Below, piece after piece: positions 39,609 through 54,600 of a stretch of 64,000 nt of DNA. The notes below the pieces were generated by a model. The model had not been told where the DNA came from. It did no database searches and saw only the letters and a list, made by a program, of their open reading frames with translations. Made by a program: the position numbers and the translations under genes. Each line of letters opens with the position of its first letter. The stretch's first letter is position 1. This DNA comes from Lactobacillus mulieris (GTDB lineage: Bacteria; Bacillota; Bacilli; Lactobacillales; Lactobacillaceae): positions 556 through 64,555 of the forward strand of contig JALBSH010000002.1 of NCBI GenBank assembly GCA_022756575.1, in the 5' to 3' direction.

Positions 39609-42600
39609 ATGGGAGTTTCAAAGAATAATTTCCGAAATAAGATGGAACAGTCGTCAAGACAGGTTCAACACTTCGGTTTTCGTAAGTTTTCAGTTGGCTT
39701 GACGAGTGTTTTATTGTCGACGTCGTTGTATTTTGGCTTTATGGGAGCGGGAGCGCAAGCTGCAACAACACCGTTAAGTCAGACCAGTTCTGAAAGTACT
39801 GAGCAGACAAGTTCGGCAAGTTCGTCATCGGCACGAAGCGAGCTAAATAAAGAGGTACTTTCTAGTTCAACTAGTTCTGCCAGTTCATCAGTTAAATCAG
39901 CTGATAAGACGGATTTACAAAAGCTTTATGATGAGATTGTCAAAAGTGAAGAAAAGAATCAATTAGCTTCACAGTTGACTTCTGTTAAGTCTATTCTTAA
40001 TAATGAAAGCGCTTCACAAACGGAAGTAGACTCAGCTTTAGCAAGCTTGAAGCAGGCTTATATTAAAGCCTTGAGCGATAATGCTAAAAAACAAGAGCAA
40101 GCTAATGCTCAAGCTAGTGAAACAAAAGTAGCTAAGCAAACTCAAGAAACACAACCAGTAGTTAAGGATAATAGTTTGAGTGTTACCAAGGTAGCAAATC
40201 AAGATAATGCGACAGTTGCAGCACTAACTACCAATTTAGCTGCTCAAGCTTCAAATAGTAATGCTGCTAATACTGCTACCAATAACGATGCAGGTGCAGA
40301 ATCTGAAGCTATTTCTACTTCAGAAACAGCACCAAATGGGATTGACCAAGTAGCTAAGCAGACAGCAGCTACTACAGTTACTAATGCAAATGAAGTGGTT
40401 ACAAGTAGTGATCAAACTCAAAATCGTTCTAAACGTGAGGCAGTGACAAATGCTGAAGCTGATAAATCAACTACTGGTTCTACTATTCAAGGGCGTAACA
40501 TTAAGGTTACCTTCCTTGGTGGTAATCAGTTCTATGCAAGTAGTGATGGGGATGATCAACCAACAGGCGCCGTCAACCCTGGCGTTGATGTAGATCAAGG
40601 TTACTATGTGGCTGCAGTATCTTTTCAAGGAAAAGCTGGTGACACTGTTAAAATTACCCTTCCTTATGTTAAGGGGTTTAGTCCAAGTAAGTTAGGTGCC
40701 CAAGCTGATTTACCAGCCTCTGTAACTTCTCAAAAAGAAGAAACTATTACTGGTGAAGATGGTAGACAATATTTGGTTGAAACTTATAACTTGACTAACA
40801 ATATTGAAAGTTTAGTAACGGTTTACTTCCAATACCAAAACCAAGGTGTGTGGATTGTTTCAGGTAAGGATTCAGCGAAGATTTATAATCTTTCAGCTAG
40901 TGATATAGGTGATAAGACTTATCAAATTAAGGCCGTTATCGGTAGCGGAGAAGATCCAGAAAAAGATAAAGACAAACAAGAAAGTTCAGCTGATTTTACA
41001 ACTCATATTAAAGAAAATTTTACTTTTGCTAGAATGTCTAACGATTCCAGTTTAGTTGCTGGATCTGGACAAGATCCTTATCCAGATGGAACACCTAAAG
41101 TAATAGCAGGAAAAGAGTTCTCGACGTTTCTACACGTCTGGGATAATGTATCATTGCCAGCTAATAATGGTCAGGCAAACTATTGGGGAATTTATGGCGG
41201 AACTAATCTAGGGACAACTATTACTATTCCAACACCAGAAGGTTACCAAATTGATGCTGTTGGAACTATGAATGTTAATGGTTGGGATAGTAAGGGTTAC
41301 CATATTACTCAAGATGGTCCGGGTAAAGATATCATTATCCAAATCGATTCTGGCTACGGTATTATGTACCAAGATACTCCACAAGCTTCATATCGAATTC
41401 TTGGTAGATTTACTCAAGCTATCCCAGACTTTGATACCCGAGTTTGGGCGTCAGGACCAATACATGTTGAAAAGACTAATAGCTATGATTCTACAGGTAA
41501 AAAAGTTACTATTTCATATACTGGTGATTCAACTTGGAATGAAACTATCATGGGTCAAGATAGTATTGATAAAGCAAAAAAAGCTTCTCAAACAGCTATT
41601 GACCCAGATACAGGAATGCCAAAAGAAGCATCAAGTATTGCTGGAAATTATGGTAGTGTAAATTCTTACAAGGTACCAAAGAGAAAAAGTGAAAAATTAT
41701 TTTTGGATGCAGAACCTGATGATAATGAAGGCTCATTTAGATTTGATACTGGTACGGCTCAAAGTTTTACTACTAAAGATGGAAATCCAACTTTATATTT
41801 CACTTTTGATAAAAAGTTAAATGTCTATAAGTTATCAACTCCAAATGCTGCTTTTATGCAGGGAACAAATTTCATTAATAATTATCACTACACTTTAACC
41901 CGTGCAGATGGTAGTACCCAAACAGGTAAAATTGATGCTGGTGGAATAATTGAAAATGCTAACCCTACATCAGCAATTGTAAGCATTGTTTTAACACCTG
42001 ACCAAGTAAGTTCAGCTTCTATTGTTAACCACTACTTTGATAAACATAATCAATATACATTCTATGGTCGTGTAGTTAATAAGAATTTAGCAACTGGTGA
42101 AACTAAGTCAAATGTTGGTGACAAATTGACTGCAACCTTCCAATTTAGGTCAACTACTGCCCAAGGTGTAGTAATTAATTCACCAATTGCTAAATTAACA
42201 CAAACGGTGGACGAAACTGAAGCCTCACTTAAATTTGAAGCCTTACCTGATACAAGTGTTCAAGCTGGTGACTTACAGGGTTGGACTATTCGTGGTTTAT
42301 ATGATGATTCAAGCAAGACTGCTAGTGGTTATAGTTCATATGAACCAATCATTTACTATGTATTGCCCAAGGGTATCACTTACCGTAATGCTCCAGGTTT
42401 AGCTGCAGGTAACTTTACTGCAGGTGGGAATACTGCAATTCCTAAAGTTTCCACCTTTGTTAACTCACAAGGTGAACAAGTAATTAAGGTGGATTATACT
42501 GGGACTAAATCATACTATACTTGGCCAAAGGATAAGTCTGGTATTAACGATCAATACACAATTGGGGCAGTTCCAGGACTTGATGTGCTTGCTGGTAATT

Positions 42601-45600
42601 ACAAGGGGTCAGTTTACATTAAGTCAACCACGCCAATGGATTCTACTTTAAATCCAAAGGCTACTAGTGATGATGCTAAAAACTTACTTGATTTAGCTGG
42701 GGATGCAACTAATCTTTACCACGTATCTGATTTGACCTTTAAAGTTAATAGTGGTGATATTGTTAACACTGTAACTTCAGCTAAAGTAGATAATGGGGCT
42801 TGGAGCGATGTGGTAAAAACGGATGTTAACCCAACTCACTTTAAGGACCACACTATTTCATTTGGATGGACTTTGAATAACCAAGCTTCTGATGGAGTTA
42901 AAGGGATTGTTTCTGTTGCTGAAGTACCACAAATTGATAAGCATGGAAACTCAATGAACTTCCAATTAACTGGTCCAATTACTTTGCCAAGCAATTTAAC
43001 TAATGCTAAAGCCTACTACTACACTGGCGACTTTAACATGGACAATACTGAAGTTAGTGGCAAGCCAGATTTATCTCAATGGCAAACAGCAGATCAAATT
43101 ACCGATTGGTCAAAGGTTAAGTATGTTGCAATTGCTATTGACTCACTTCCTCCTAAATCTTCATCTGGTAGAATTGAAATTACTGGTTACATTACTCAGT
43201 CTCGGTATTCTAATGCTGGGACTGCCTTCTTGCCAACGATTACTTATACTAAGAAGCCAGATAATACCGACAATGGGCCTTTATCAATCTTAACTAAGAC
43301 TAATACAGATGGTCGTCGCCGTGCTGCTGAAGTTGATGCTACTGTTATGGATTCACTTGATGTCAAGGCAGTCTTTCCAAGTGACTCAGGAATAGCTGAT
43401 ATTGACTTAGGTCGTGGACCTGTTTACACACCAAATGCTGGGGAAGTTTATACTGAAAGTGATTATCCAGATTCAATGGCAGATGGTAAGATTCCTGCTG
43501 GCTGGAAACTAGATAAAAAGGTCTTAGTTGGTAAAGATGGCCAAGAATATGCTTGGGGTTCTTCAGTCTTTTATGCGATTACAGGAGAACCTTACTTCAC
43601 TGACTTGCATGTTGAATTCCGTTATGTTCACAACCAAAGAGTAATTACCCCTGGTGACTTCCCAGATAAGGATAAGTCTGATCCAGTTGATGGGATAACT
43701 TACCGTGATGTGGTTAAGACTGTAACTCGGACTATTAGAATTCACAAGACTGATGGCACGATTGAAACTGTCACTCAACCAGTCGACTTCTACCGGACTA
43801 TTACTTACGATGAAGTAGATAAGAAGATTATTGCAACTAGTGCTTACAAGCCTGATGATAGTTTGTGGGCAGCATATAATGTACCTTCAGTTCAAGATAA
43901 AGTAATAGTCTACACTAAGACAATAGATGGCAAGACGACAGATCCTACAATCATTTCAGATGGAAATGTTCCTGAAGAAACTATCGACTCAAATACTAAC
44001 GATGAATTTGTTGATGTTTACTATCAAAATCCAGGTACTAAGAAGCCAGATGCTCAAAAGACTGTAACTCGTACTGTTGTTGTCAACTTCCCAGCTGGTT
44101 ACTCAGTTGATGCTACTGCCTTAAAGGCAAATGATGGTAATGGTGTAACTACTACTGTTAATGGTCAAACTGTCACTAGAACTTATACTACTACGATGAC
44201 TAGAACTGTAAGTTTGAAGAGTGATGGTACTTGGCAAACTACTGACTGGCAATACACTGACAGAAACTGGCCAGATGTAACTAATGGTAGTGACTTATTA
44301 CCAGCAATTACCAAATACACTCCAACTGTAACTGACAATATTAAGAAGACAACTGTTGACTCAATTAATGCAGAAACAGTTGATGAAAATACTCAAAATG
44401 AATCATTCACCATTGATTATGTTCAAAATGGTGTCATTCAAATTGTGGCTGTTGATAAGAGTAGTAACAATAAGCCAATCGCATTAGGTGATTTAACCAC
44501 TACTATGGAAGGTAAAGATGGTTCAAATATTGACCAAACTACCTTGAATGGTTATATTGATGCAATTAAGCAAAGATTAGCTGGCCAAAACTATAAGTTT
44601 GACTCTCAAACTCCAACTTCAAACCCAACTACTTATGCTGATCAAACTATTACCCTTTACTTCACTCACAATACCCAAGACTTTACTCCAGACAACAAGC
44701 CTAGTGATGCTGAAGATCTAGAAAAGACTATTAGCAGAACAATTACTGTTAACTTCCCAGATGAAGCTCATGCTCAAGCATTTGCTGGTCAAGCAGGTTA
44801 CACAGTAAATGGTAAATCAGTAACTAGAACTGATACCGCAAGCTTTACTAGAACTGCTACTAAGGACTTAGTAACTAATACTTACACCTACTCCCCATGG
44901 GTAGTTAAGGGTACTAGCCAAGCTAGCGCAACTTTACCAGGACTTAACTACGGTGAAGCCTTCTTACCAGAAATTTCACGTTATGCTCCTAATAGATCTA
45001 GCGTAAGTTCTGTAAGTGTTGATGATGCTTACATTAAAGCAGGCACTACTCCAGAAAGTGTAACGATTAGTTATGCTCCTGTATCATCTACTTTCCAAGT
45101 TGTTTTGGAAGACCAAGATGATGGCAATAAGGTTGTTAAGGCATTTATCTTCAATAATAAAGTGGGAGAAACACATACCTATAGCGATACTGAAAAGTCT
45201 TTGCCTGCAAACTATGAATGGGCTGATGAAAATAATAAGTTAGGCGATAGTATCACCCTTAGCGACACTACACCTGCTGTAACTGTTTACTATGTAAAGC
45301 ACATGCATAAAACAACAACAGGTACAAAAGATGTCACTAGAACTGTTGATGGTACTAAGCCAGATGGTAGTGCAATTAACTACAGCGACAAGGTAACATT
45401 TAACTACACTACTGATACAGACTTGGTAAATGGTAAGACTACTACTAAGTACGACCATGATAGTCAAAGCTTTAATGCAGTAGCTGATGATGTGGCTCCA
45501 GCAACAATTAATGGTTATACTCGAGTATTGAATGGTGGCAGTTTAGATGCGCAAACAGTAACTCCAAATAGTAGTGACATTAATGTCCACGTAAGCTACA

Positions 45601-48600
45601 TTGCCAATGACCAAAAGATTTTAATTAAGGCTTATGATGTTCACAATAATTCTAAGACCGAGTTAGCTATCCCTCGTGGAATTATGACTTCAATTATTGG
45701 TAAGAGTAAGGCTGTTGTTGATACTAGTGAAGTTCAAGCTGCAATTGATGCTATTAAGCAATATCTTGAATCTAACGGTTACACTATGATTACCAAGGAT
45801 CCAGTAATTCCTCAGAATTATGATAGTGATGATAAAGTTGATCAAATTATTGAATTAGACTTTGATCACAAGACTGATGTAGTTGATCATGATCATATTC
45901 CTGATGGTAGTCCAATTAAGAAGGCTGACCTTGAAACTACTGTTAAGAGAACTGTAACTGTTCATAATACTGATGGTTCAACTCAAACTGTTAGCCAAGA
46001 CTTTATTGCAACTAGAACTGCCAACTATGATCCGGTTACTAAGACAGTAATTAGTTACAATCCATGGTCTGGTTCAAGTGATACTTACACAATTTCTCCA
46101 CAAAAGGGCTACAAATCTCGCTGGACTACTAGATTTGGTGAAGGTGCTACAATTGCTGCTAAGAGTGGAGATTCTGATTACCAAGTAGTACCTGCATATG
46201 ATGTTGATGCTCAACATATTACAGCTGATACTGTTCCTGGTGAAAATGTCGATGTTTACTATGATGCTCAAGATGCAACTAGAACAATTAAGTACCAAGA
46301 TAAAGATACTGGTAAGATTGTTGGATCATTTGACTCTGATCCAGCTAAGGTTGGTACTCAAGTAGATGTTGATATTAAGGGGCATGTCCCAGATGGCTAC
46401 GAATTAACACCTAACATTGAAGTTCCAAGTCAAGTTGCTATAACTTCAGATAATGTTCCTGTTGTTGTTTCTGTTCAACGTAAGGGTACTACTTACACTT
46501 ACACTGACAAGAACTTGCCAACTGGTATAACTGCTGATGATTTACAAAAGACAGTTCATCGTCAAATCATTGAACACTTGACAAGTGCTGGTCAAGAACA
46601 TGATAAGTATATTAATCAAGATGCTAACTTTGTCAGAACTGTCACTGTTTACCCAGCTACAGCTGATCAACCACAAAAGGTTGTCTTTGGTGATTGGACT
46701 CCTAAGACTGATGCTGATTCAATCTTCAGCGAAAAGGCAATCGATCAAGTAGATGGATATATCAGTGTTTATGTTGATAGTGATGGTGTAACTGGTCACC
46801 CAATTACTGTAGTTCCAAGTCAAGTAGTTGCAAAATCAAATGGTGTTCCAATTGATGCTGATACTTTCCACGTATACTACCGGAAGGTTTCAACAGTTCC
46901 AGAAGGAAACATTCCAGATGGTACTACCAAGAAGGATGGTACTAAATTAACAGATGCTGATTTAGGTACTGATATTATTCGTGATATCTATGAAACTGCA
47001 CCTGGTACAACTGAACCTAAGCTGATTAAGGAACAAAGAGTTCGTTTAACTAGGGATGCTTTAGTCAACCAATTTACTCACGAAGTTATTGGCTACTCTG
47101 ATTGGAGAGTAAACTCTGAATATAACAAGGCACATACAGCTGATGGTTATGATGACACTTTGCCAGACTACACTCCAACTGCTTATGCTGGTTACACTCC
47201 TTCAGTTGCTCAAGTAACTCCAATTATTCAAATTGATAACAATACTCCACACTTAATTAAGGTTTACATTTCTTACAACAACCAAAAGCGGACACAAGTT
47301 ATCAACTATGTTGACTCAGCTACTGGCAAGACTGTTCGCAGTCAAACTATTACTGGTGTTTCAGGACAAGATTCTTCAGAAAATCTTGAAATTCCAGCAG
47401 GTTATGAACAAGATACTGCTAAGCCAGCTGAAAACGTAACCTTCAGTCAAGATGGTCAAAGTATTGTTGCTCACTTCCAAGATAAAGATTTACCAACTGG
47501 TACTATCTACGTTAAGGCTAGTCAAGACACATACACTCAAGACAATGTTCCAGCTAACTTACGTGACCAAGTAGTTAAGGAAGTTACTAGAACAATTACT
47601 GTTAACCGTCCTGGTGATAAGACTCCACAAGTAATTAAGCAAACTGTTATCTTCCACAGAACGATTAAGTTTGATAAAGTTACTGGTCAAGTTATTCCTG
47701 ATACTGCAACTGCATGGTTAACTGATGATAATAATGCTAGTGGTACTTGGGAAGAATATGACGCACCAACAATTACTGGTTATGTTCCAACCACTGCTAC
47801 AGTTGCTAGTCAAACTGTTACTGCAGAAACTCCAAATAGCGACATTACCATTAACTACACCGACAACACCCAAAACCTTAAGTTAAAGGCAGTTGACGAT
47901 GCTAATAATGAATCTGAAATTACTATTCCAAGTGGTTTAACTACTGAAATTAAGGGTACAAGTAGCACACCAGTTGACCAAGATAAGCTTCAAGGTGCAA
48001 TTGACAAGATTGTTAAGGCTCTTGAAGATCAAGGCTACAAGTTTGCTGGAAATAACACCATTGATACTTATGATGATGACTCAAAGACTGATCAATGGAT
48101 TACTATTCACTTCACTCACCAAACTGAAGACGATGACCAAGGTCAACTTCCAGAAGGTGTAACTCCAGAAGATTTAACTAAGACCATCACCAGAACTATC
48201 CACGTTCAAGGTGAACCAACTAAGAGCAGTCATGATGAAACTCAAACAATTACTGCAACTCGTAAGGCAATTTACGATAAGGTAGCTAAGAAGATTACTG
48301 GTTACACTGATTGGACTGGCTCAATTCCTGTATTTAACGTCAACCAATACACTGGTTACACTTCACAAGTTGATGGCAAGGATGCTAAGGAAGTTGCTAG
48401 CGTAACTATCGATAACAACACACCAAGCACGCTTGAAAGTACTGTAACTTATAAAGCAGGTGAAGCTACTCAAACTATTAACTACGTAACTGAAGATGGT
48501 ACTAAAGTTGGTACAACTTCAATGTCTGGTAATGTTGGCACAGTTCTTGGAAGCGGTGTTGTTGATAAGATTAACGGCAATGTTCCAAGTGGTTATGAAT

Positions 48601-51600
48601 TAGTTCCAGGTCAAAACTTTACTAGTTATGAAAATAATAAGTTTACAACTGATGACAACCCAATCAATGTTTACGTCAAGGTAACTGGTAACACTATTTC
48701 ACATGATGGTACTAAGCCAGACGGTGTAACTGATGATCAATGGAACGGTAGAAACAAGACTGTTACTAGAACTATTAAGTTCTTCAATGCTGATGGCACA
48801 GAAGATACTACTAAGACTATTACTCAAACAATCAACCTTGGTGCAGATGTCTTATACGACAATGTCAACAAGAAGTTCCTTGGTTACACTAACTGGAGAA
48901 TTATTTCAGGTTCATGGAATTCAGAAGATTTAACTGAAAAGACCCCAGCAGGGATGGATGCTACGATTGATGGTCACATAACTACTTATGTTCCATCAGG
49001 CGCAGTTGATGTTAACAACCCTCAAAACCAAGAAGTTGATGTTCACTTTAAGGCCAAAGATGGTTTAAGCTTCACTGTTCAATACCAAACTGATAGTGGT
49101 GTAATTCTCAAGAGTTACACTATTAAGGGTAAGGCTAACCAACAAGGTGTTGCTTTAGCTGAAGGTACAACTACAATTCCTGATGGCTACAGTGTTGAAG
49201 CAAAGTCACAAGCTGCATATGATGCTTTGAAGTCTGGTAACCACAATTTTGGTACTAGTGATGAAACTGTTGTTATTTACGTTCAATCTGCTGGTACTCA
49301 TAATGTTGGCCCAGATGATCCATCTAAGTTGCCAAGTGGCGTTACAGTTAGCGATTTGAAGAAGACTGTTACTAGAACAGCTACTATTCATAAGACTGAC
49401 GGCACAACTGAAGACTTAACTGCACAAACAGTTGACTTTACTCGTCAAGCAATTGTTGATGATGCAACTGGTGCCTTCAAAGGCTTCACAGCTTGGACTC
49501 CAGAAAACGGTACTTGGGCTGATGAAACCAGTCAAGTTCCTGATGTTGCTGGTTACACTACTGTTAATAAGAATAAGCTTGGTCAAGTAACTGTAACTGG
49601 TGATATGGAAGATCAACATGTTGATGTCTTCTACGTTGATTCAACTCAAAAGGCTAAGATTGAAGCTTACACTACTGATGGAACCCAATTAACTATTCCA
49701 TCTAGCTACACTACTGAAATTTCTGGTAAATCAGGTTCAGGTATTGCTGGTAAGACAATTAATGACATTATTAGTTACTTCAAGGGTGAAGGTTACAGCT
49801 TTGATCACCAAGATGTCGACACTTATGACACTGACAGCAATGTTGAACAAACTGTTAAACTTTACTTCACGAAGGGTGAAAAGAATTACGATTCAAACAC
49901 TCCAGATAGTGATTTACCAAAGAATGTAAACATCCCTGGTGAAACTAGTCCACGTGACTTAACTCATGATGACTTATACAAGACAGTCACTAGAACTATT
50001 ACCACTGAAACTCCAGATGGTAAGTCTTCAAGCTTTACTCAAACTGTTGTTGCAACTAGAACTGCTACAGTTGATCAAACTACTAAGAATGTCACATTCA
50101 GTAGTTGGAATTACTCAAATGATGGACAATTTGCATCATATGATGTTCCACAACTTACTGGTTACACTTCAACTGTTAACGGTACTGCCGCAACTACTGT
50201 TGCTTCTGCTAGCGCTAAGGATGGTAATGGTAACCCAATTAATGGGGATGCTGTAACTATTAAATACACTGGCAACACTACAACCCTTAACCCAGATGAT
50301 AAGGGTGATGTAACTATTCCAGATGGTACTAAGAAAGGTGACGGTACAACTGGATTAGAGAAGAAGGACTTGTATGTAACCAGCACCAGAACCATTAATG
50401 TCTACAATACTGATGGTTCAGCAATTGACCATACAGAAACTCAATCTGTAACTTACAAGCGGACTGCAACTTTAGATGCTAATAAGAAGGTTATTGGTTA
50501 CAGTGACTGGGAATTAGTTGGTAAAGACAAGACTTGGGCAGCTTACACAATTAGTGTTCCTCAAGGCTACACTTCAGACTCAGGTAGTCAAATTGCTGAA
50601 TTTACTCCAGGACCAGGTACTCAAGATGTTACTATCAACGTCAAGTTTGTTCCTGAAACTAAGCAAGTTGAAATTACTTACACTTACACTAACCCTAAGA
50701 CTGAAGAAAAGACTGTAGTTGATACTGACCATGCCCCAATTACGACTGGTAAGGAAACTACAATTACCCCACAACCACCTACAGGTTATGATGTTGATCC
50801 AAGTGCTCAAATTCCTAAGACTGTAACTACTAAGGATGGTTCAACTAAGACTGACGACAAGGGTCAAACTAGCCCAATCGACACGCCAATTAACATCCCT
50901 GTAGTACAACATGTTGACACTTACTCTGAAGGCAACGTTCCAGAAGGCACTAAGAAGTCTGACGGCACTCCAATTACTAATAGTGATTTAGCTGCTGATG
51001 TAACTAGAACTATCACCATTAATATTCCAGGCCAAGATGCAAAGACTATCAAACAAGGACCAGTTCACATGACTAGAACTGTTTCTATCAACCGTGCTAC
51101 TGGTGAAGTAACATTTGGGAACTGGTCAGCAAATGGTTCATTTGATACATACTCAGATGTTCCAACAATTGATGGTTACACTGCTTCTCAAACTAGTGTT
51201 GCTACTGTAACTCCAGATGATCCAACTAAGAACTACGATGTAGTAATTAACTACACCCCAAACACTGCTAACATTACTTACTCAGCAGTTGACCGTGAAA
51301 ATGGTACTGATAGTCCACTTGACGTTTCAGACTTAGATGTCACTGTTGATAACAGCAAGGGCAGAAGCGAAGCTGATATTAAGAAGGATACTGACAGTGT
51401 AATTAGCGCAATCAAGGGTAAGTTCTTAGCACAAGGTTACAAGTACGTAACTATTGAAGGCACTAAGTTAGTCTTTACTAAGGATACTGAATCTAAGTCA
51501 ACCATCCCTTCAGGAACTACTGATACCACTGGTAAAGAAGTTACTGATAAGGACTTGACTCAAAGCTTCACTAGAACAATCAATGTCAAAGGCGTTGATG

Positions 51601-54600
51601 GCAATGTAACTACTTACAAGCAAACTGTAACTGGTCACCGTCAAGCAATTATTGACAAGACTAGTGGTAAAGTAACTGGCTACACTGATTGGGTATATGA
51701 CAATAACGACACTTACGACCAATTCGGTATTAGTCAAGTTAAGGGCTACACTTCATACGTTGGCACTAACTCTGACTACAGTGATGGCAGTCAAAAGACT
51801 TTTGTTGAAGAAGTAACAAATGTAAATAGCGATGCTACAGTTTACGTTCATTACGAAAAAGACCAAAATGACGCTAACGCACAAATTATCTTTAAGGATG
51901 TTGATTCTGGTAACCAAGTTGGTACTACTCAAGAAGTAACTGGCCCATCTGGTGAAAGTAAAGAATTTGACTTAACTGCACCAGCTGGATATGACTTCGT
52001 AGATTCAAGCGATGCTAAGAAGAACATTACCTTCTCAAGCGATGGCAAGACTATTATTGTTCCTGTTTATGTAAAGCATCACACTGATACGATTGGTCCA
52101 AAGGACACTCCAGATGAAGCTACTAAGAAGTTAATTACTCAAAGCTTAACTGGTAATGCAACTAGAACTATTACTGTTCACAAGGTTGATGGCACAACTA
52201 CTACTGAAACGCAAACAGTTGCAATGCACAGAAGTGCTATTATCGACCGTGCTTCAGGTACTGTAACTTACACTGCATGGGAAGCTGATGATCCACAAAA
52301 TGCTTCATTTGCTGAATATGCTCCAGATAAGGTTGCTGGCTACACCACTTTAGTTGATGGTGCTCCAAAGGACACTGTTGCTAGTGAAACTCCAACTAGC
52401 CCGGTTAATGAAACTGTTAACGTAACTTACAAGGCTAGCCAAAAGTCTGCTGAAATTCGTTACGTTGATAGCAAGACTCAACAAGTTATTAAGACTGATG
52501 TAGTAACTGGTATTCCTGGTCAAAAGGTAACTAACATTTCTACTTCAGTACCTACTGGCTACGTCTTAGATGATGGTCAAAATGTTCCTACTGAAATTGA
52601 TATTGCAGCAGGTGATCAAGCAACTGATCCAACCATTGTTTACGTTCACCAAGAAACTCAAACTTTGACTGATGAAGATGCTAAAAAGCAAGGCGTTCTT
52701 GATAGTGACTTACATAGAACTGTAACTAGAACTGTGATTATCAATGAACCAGGTAAGGATAGTAAGACTTACACTCAAGTTGCCCACTTCAATCGTCAAG
52801 CTATTTTGAACAAGGCAACTGGTGCCATTACTTACACTGCTTGGACTTCAGAAGACAGTCACTTTGATGCAATTAGCATTCCAACTGTAGCTGGTTACAA
52901 GTCAACTGTAGCTGCAGATGATGCAAGTGTTGCTGCTAAAGATGTCACAGCTGAAGATAGAGACAGCTTCGTAGTAGTTAACTACATAGCAGGTGATCAA
53001 GACTTAACTATTCGTTTGCACGATGTAACTGATTCTTCTAAGTCTGTTGATATTGCAATTCCAGCAGGTGTAACTAGTGTATTCCACGGCAAGAGTGGTG
53101 CACCAATTTATTCAGCTGATTTACGGACTGCTATTAGCAAGATTAAGGATGAATTAGCTAAGCAAGGTTACCAATACGTTGGTGAAGATATGCCAATTGA
53201 TTACGATACTGATAGTAGCGTAATGCAATACCTTGACATGAACTTCAAGCGCATTAGTGACACAATTGGCCCTAACGATCCAGTTCCTTCAGATATTAAG
53301 AAGGATGATGGCTCTAACTTAAGCCACGATGACCTTACTAAGACCGTAACTAGAACTATCTACGCTACTGATCCTCAAGGTAACACTACTCATTTCACTC
53401 AAACTGTTGTTGTAACCAGAACTGCAACAATTGACATGAACACTAAAAAAGTTACTGGCTTCTCAGCTTGGTCAAGCGCAAGCTTTGACGAATACAGTGT
53501 TCCTCAATATAAGGACTACACTGCTCATGTTGATGTTGATAGTGATGAAAGTGGTAATGTTGCTGGTCGTGCAGTAACTAGTGCTGAAATTGCAGCAGGG
53601 CACGCAGCTGATGTTCACATTACATACACCAGCAACACGCAAGATGCTACCCCAACTAAGATTCCAGAAGGTGCAACTAAGAGTGACGGAACTCCATTAA
53701 CTAAGGACGACTTAGAAAAGACTGTCACAAGAACGATTCACTTTGTTGATGAAAATGGCAACAAGGTGGCTGATGACAGTGTTCAATCTGTAACCTTCAG
53801 CCGGACTGCTAAGTTAGACAAGAACGGCAAGGTAATTAGCTACAGTGACTGGACTCAATCAGGTAATTGGGATGATGTAACTAGTCCTGAAAAGGCTGGC
53901 TTTAAGGCAACTGTAGCAACTATTCCTGCAGTAGCATTAACTCCAGAAACTGCTCATGATGTTGATATCACTGTAACTTACAAGCCTGACCGTGTAATTG
54001 GTCACATTAAGTTTGTTGATGACAAGACCGGTGCTTTAGTTTCAGACAAGATTGTCGATGCTAAGGCTGGTCAAAATGGCGTTGCAACTAATGCATCAGT
54101 TCCAGAAGGATATGAAATTGCTGCTGATTCAGCAGTTAAGTCTGTTCCTGAAACTATGGACTTTGGTGCAACTGACCACGCTGATGTAATTATCAAGGTT
54201 AGCCAAAAGGTTGACGATATTGATCCAGATCATATTCCAGATGGTGCTAAGAAGAGCGATGGTACTCCATTAACTAAGGACGACTTAGAAAAGACCATTA
54301 CTCGTCACATTCACTTTGAATACCCAGCTAGTTACAAGGGCACTAAGGATGCAGACTTTGATCAAACTGTAACTATTAAGCGGACTGCTCAATACAATCA
54401 AGCAACTAAGACTGTAATCTTTGGTGATTGGAATACTGCAACTCTTGAAAACTACAAGCCAGCTGATCGTGAAGGATTAGTAACTCCAGGTGAAGTTCCA
54501 GCATTAACAGTTGATGAAAACAGTCAAGATAGCACAGTAACTCTTACTTACACTACTAAGACTGCAAGCATGAACTTTAAGGCTCATGACGACACTACTG

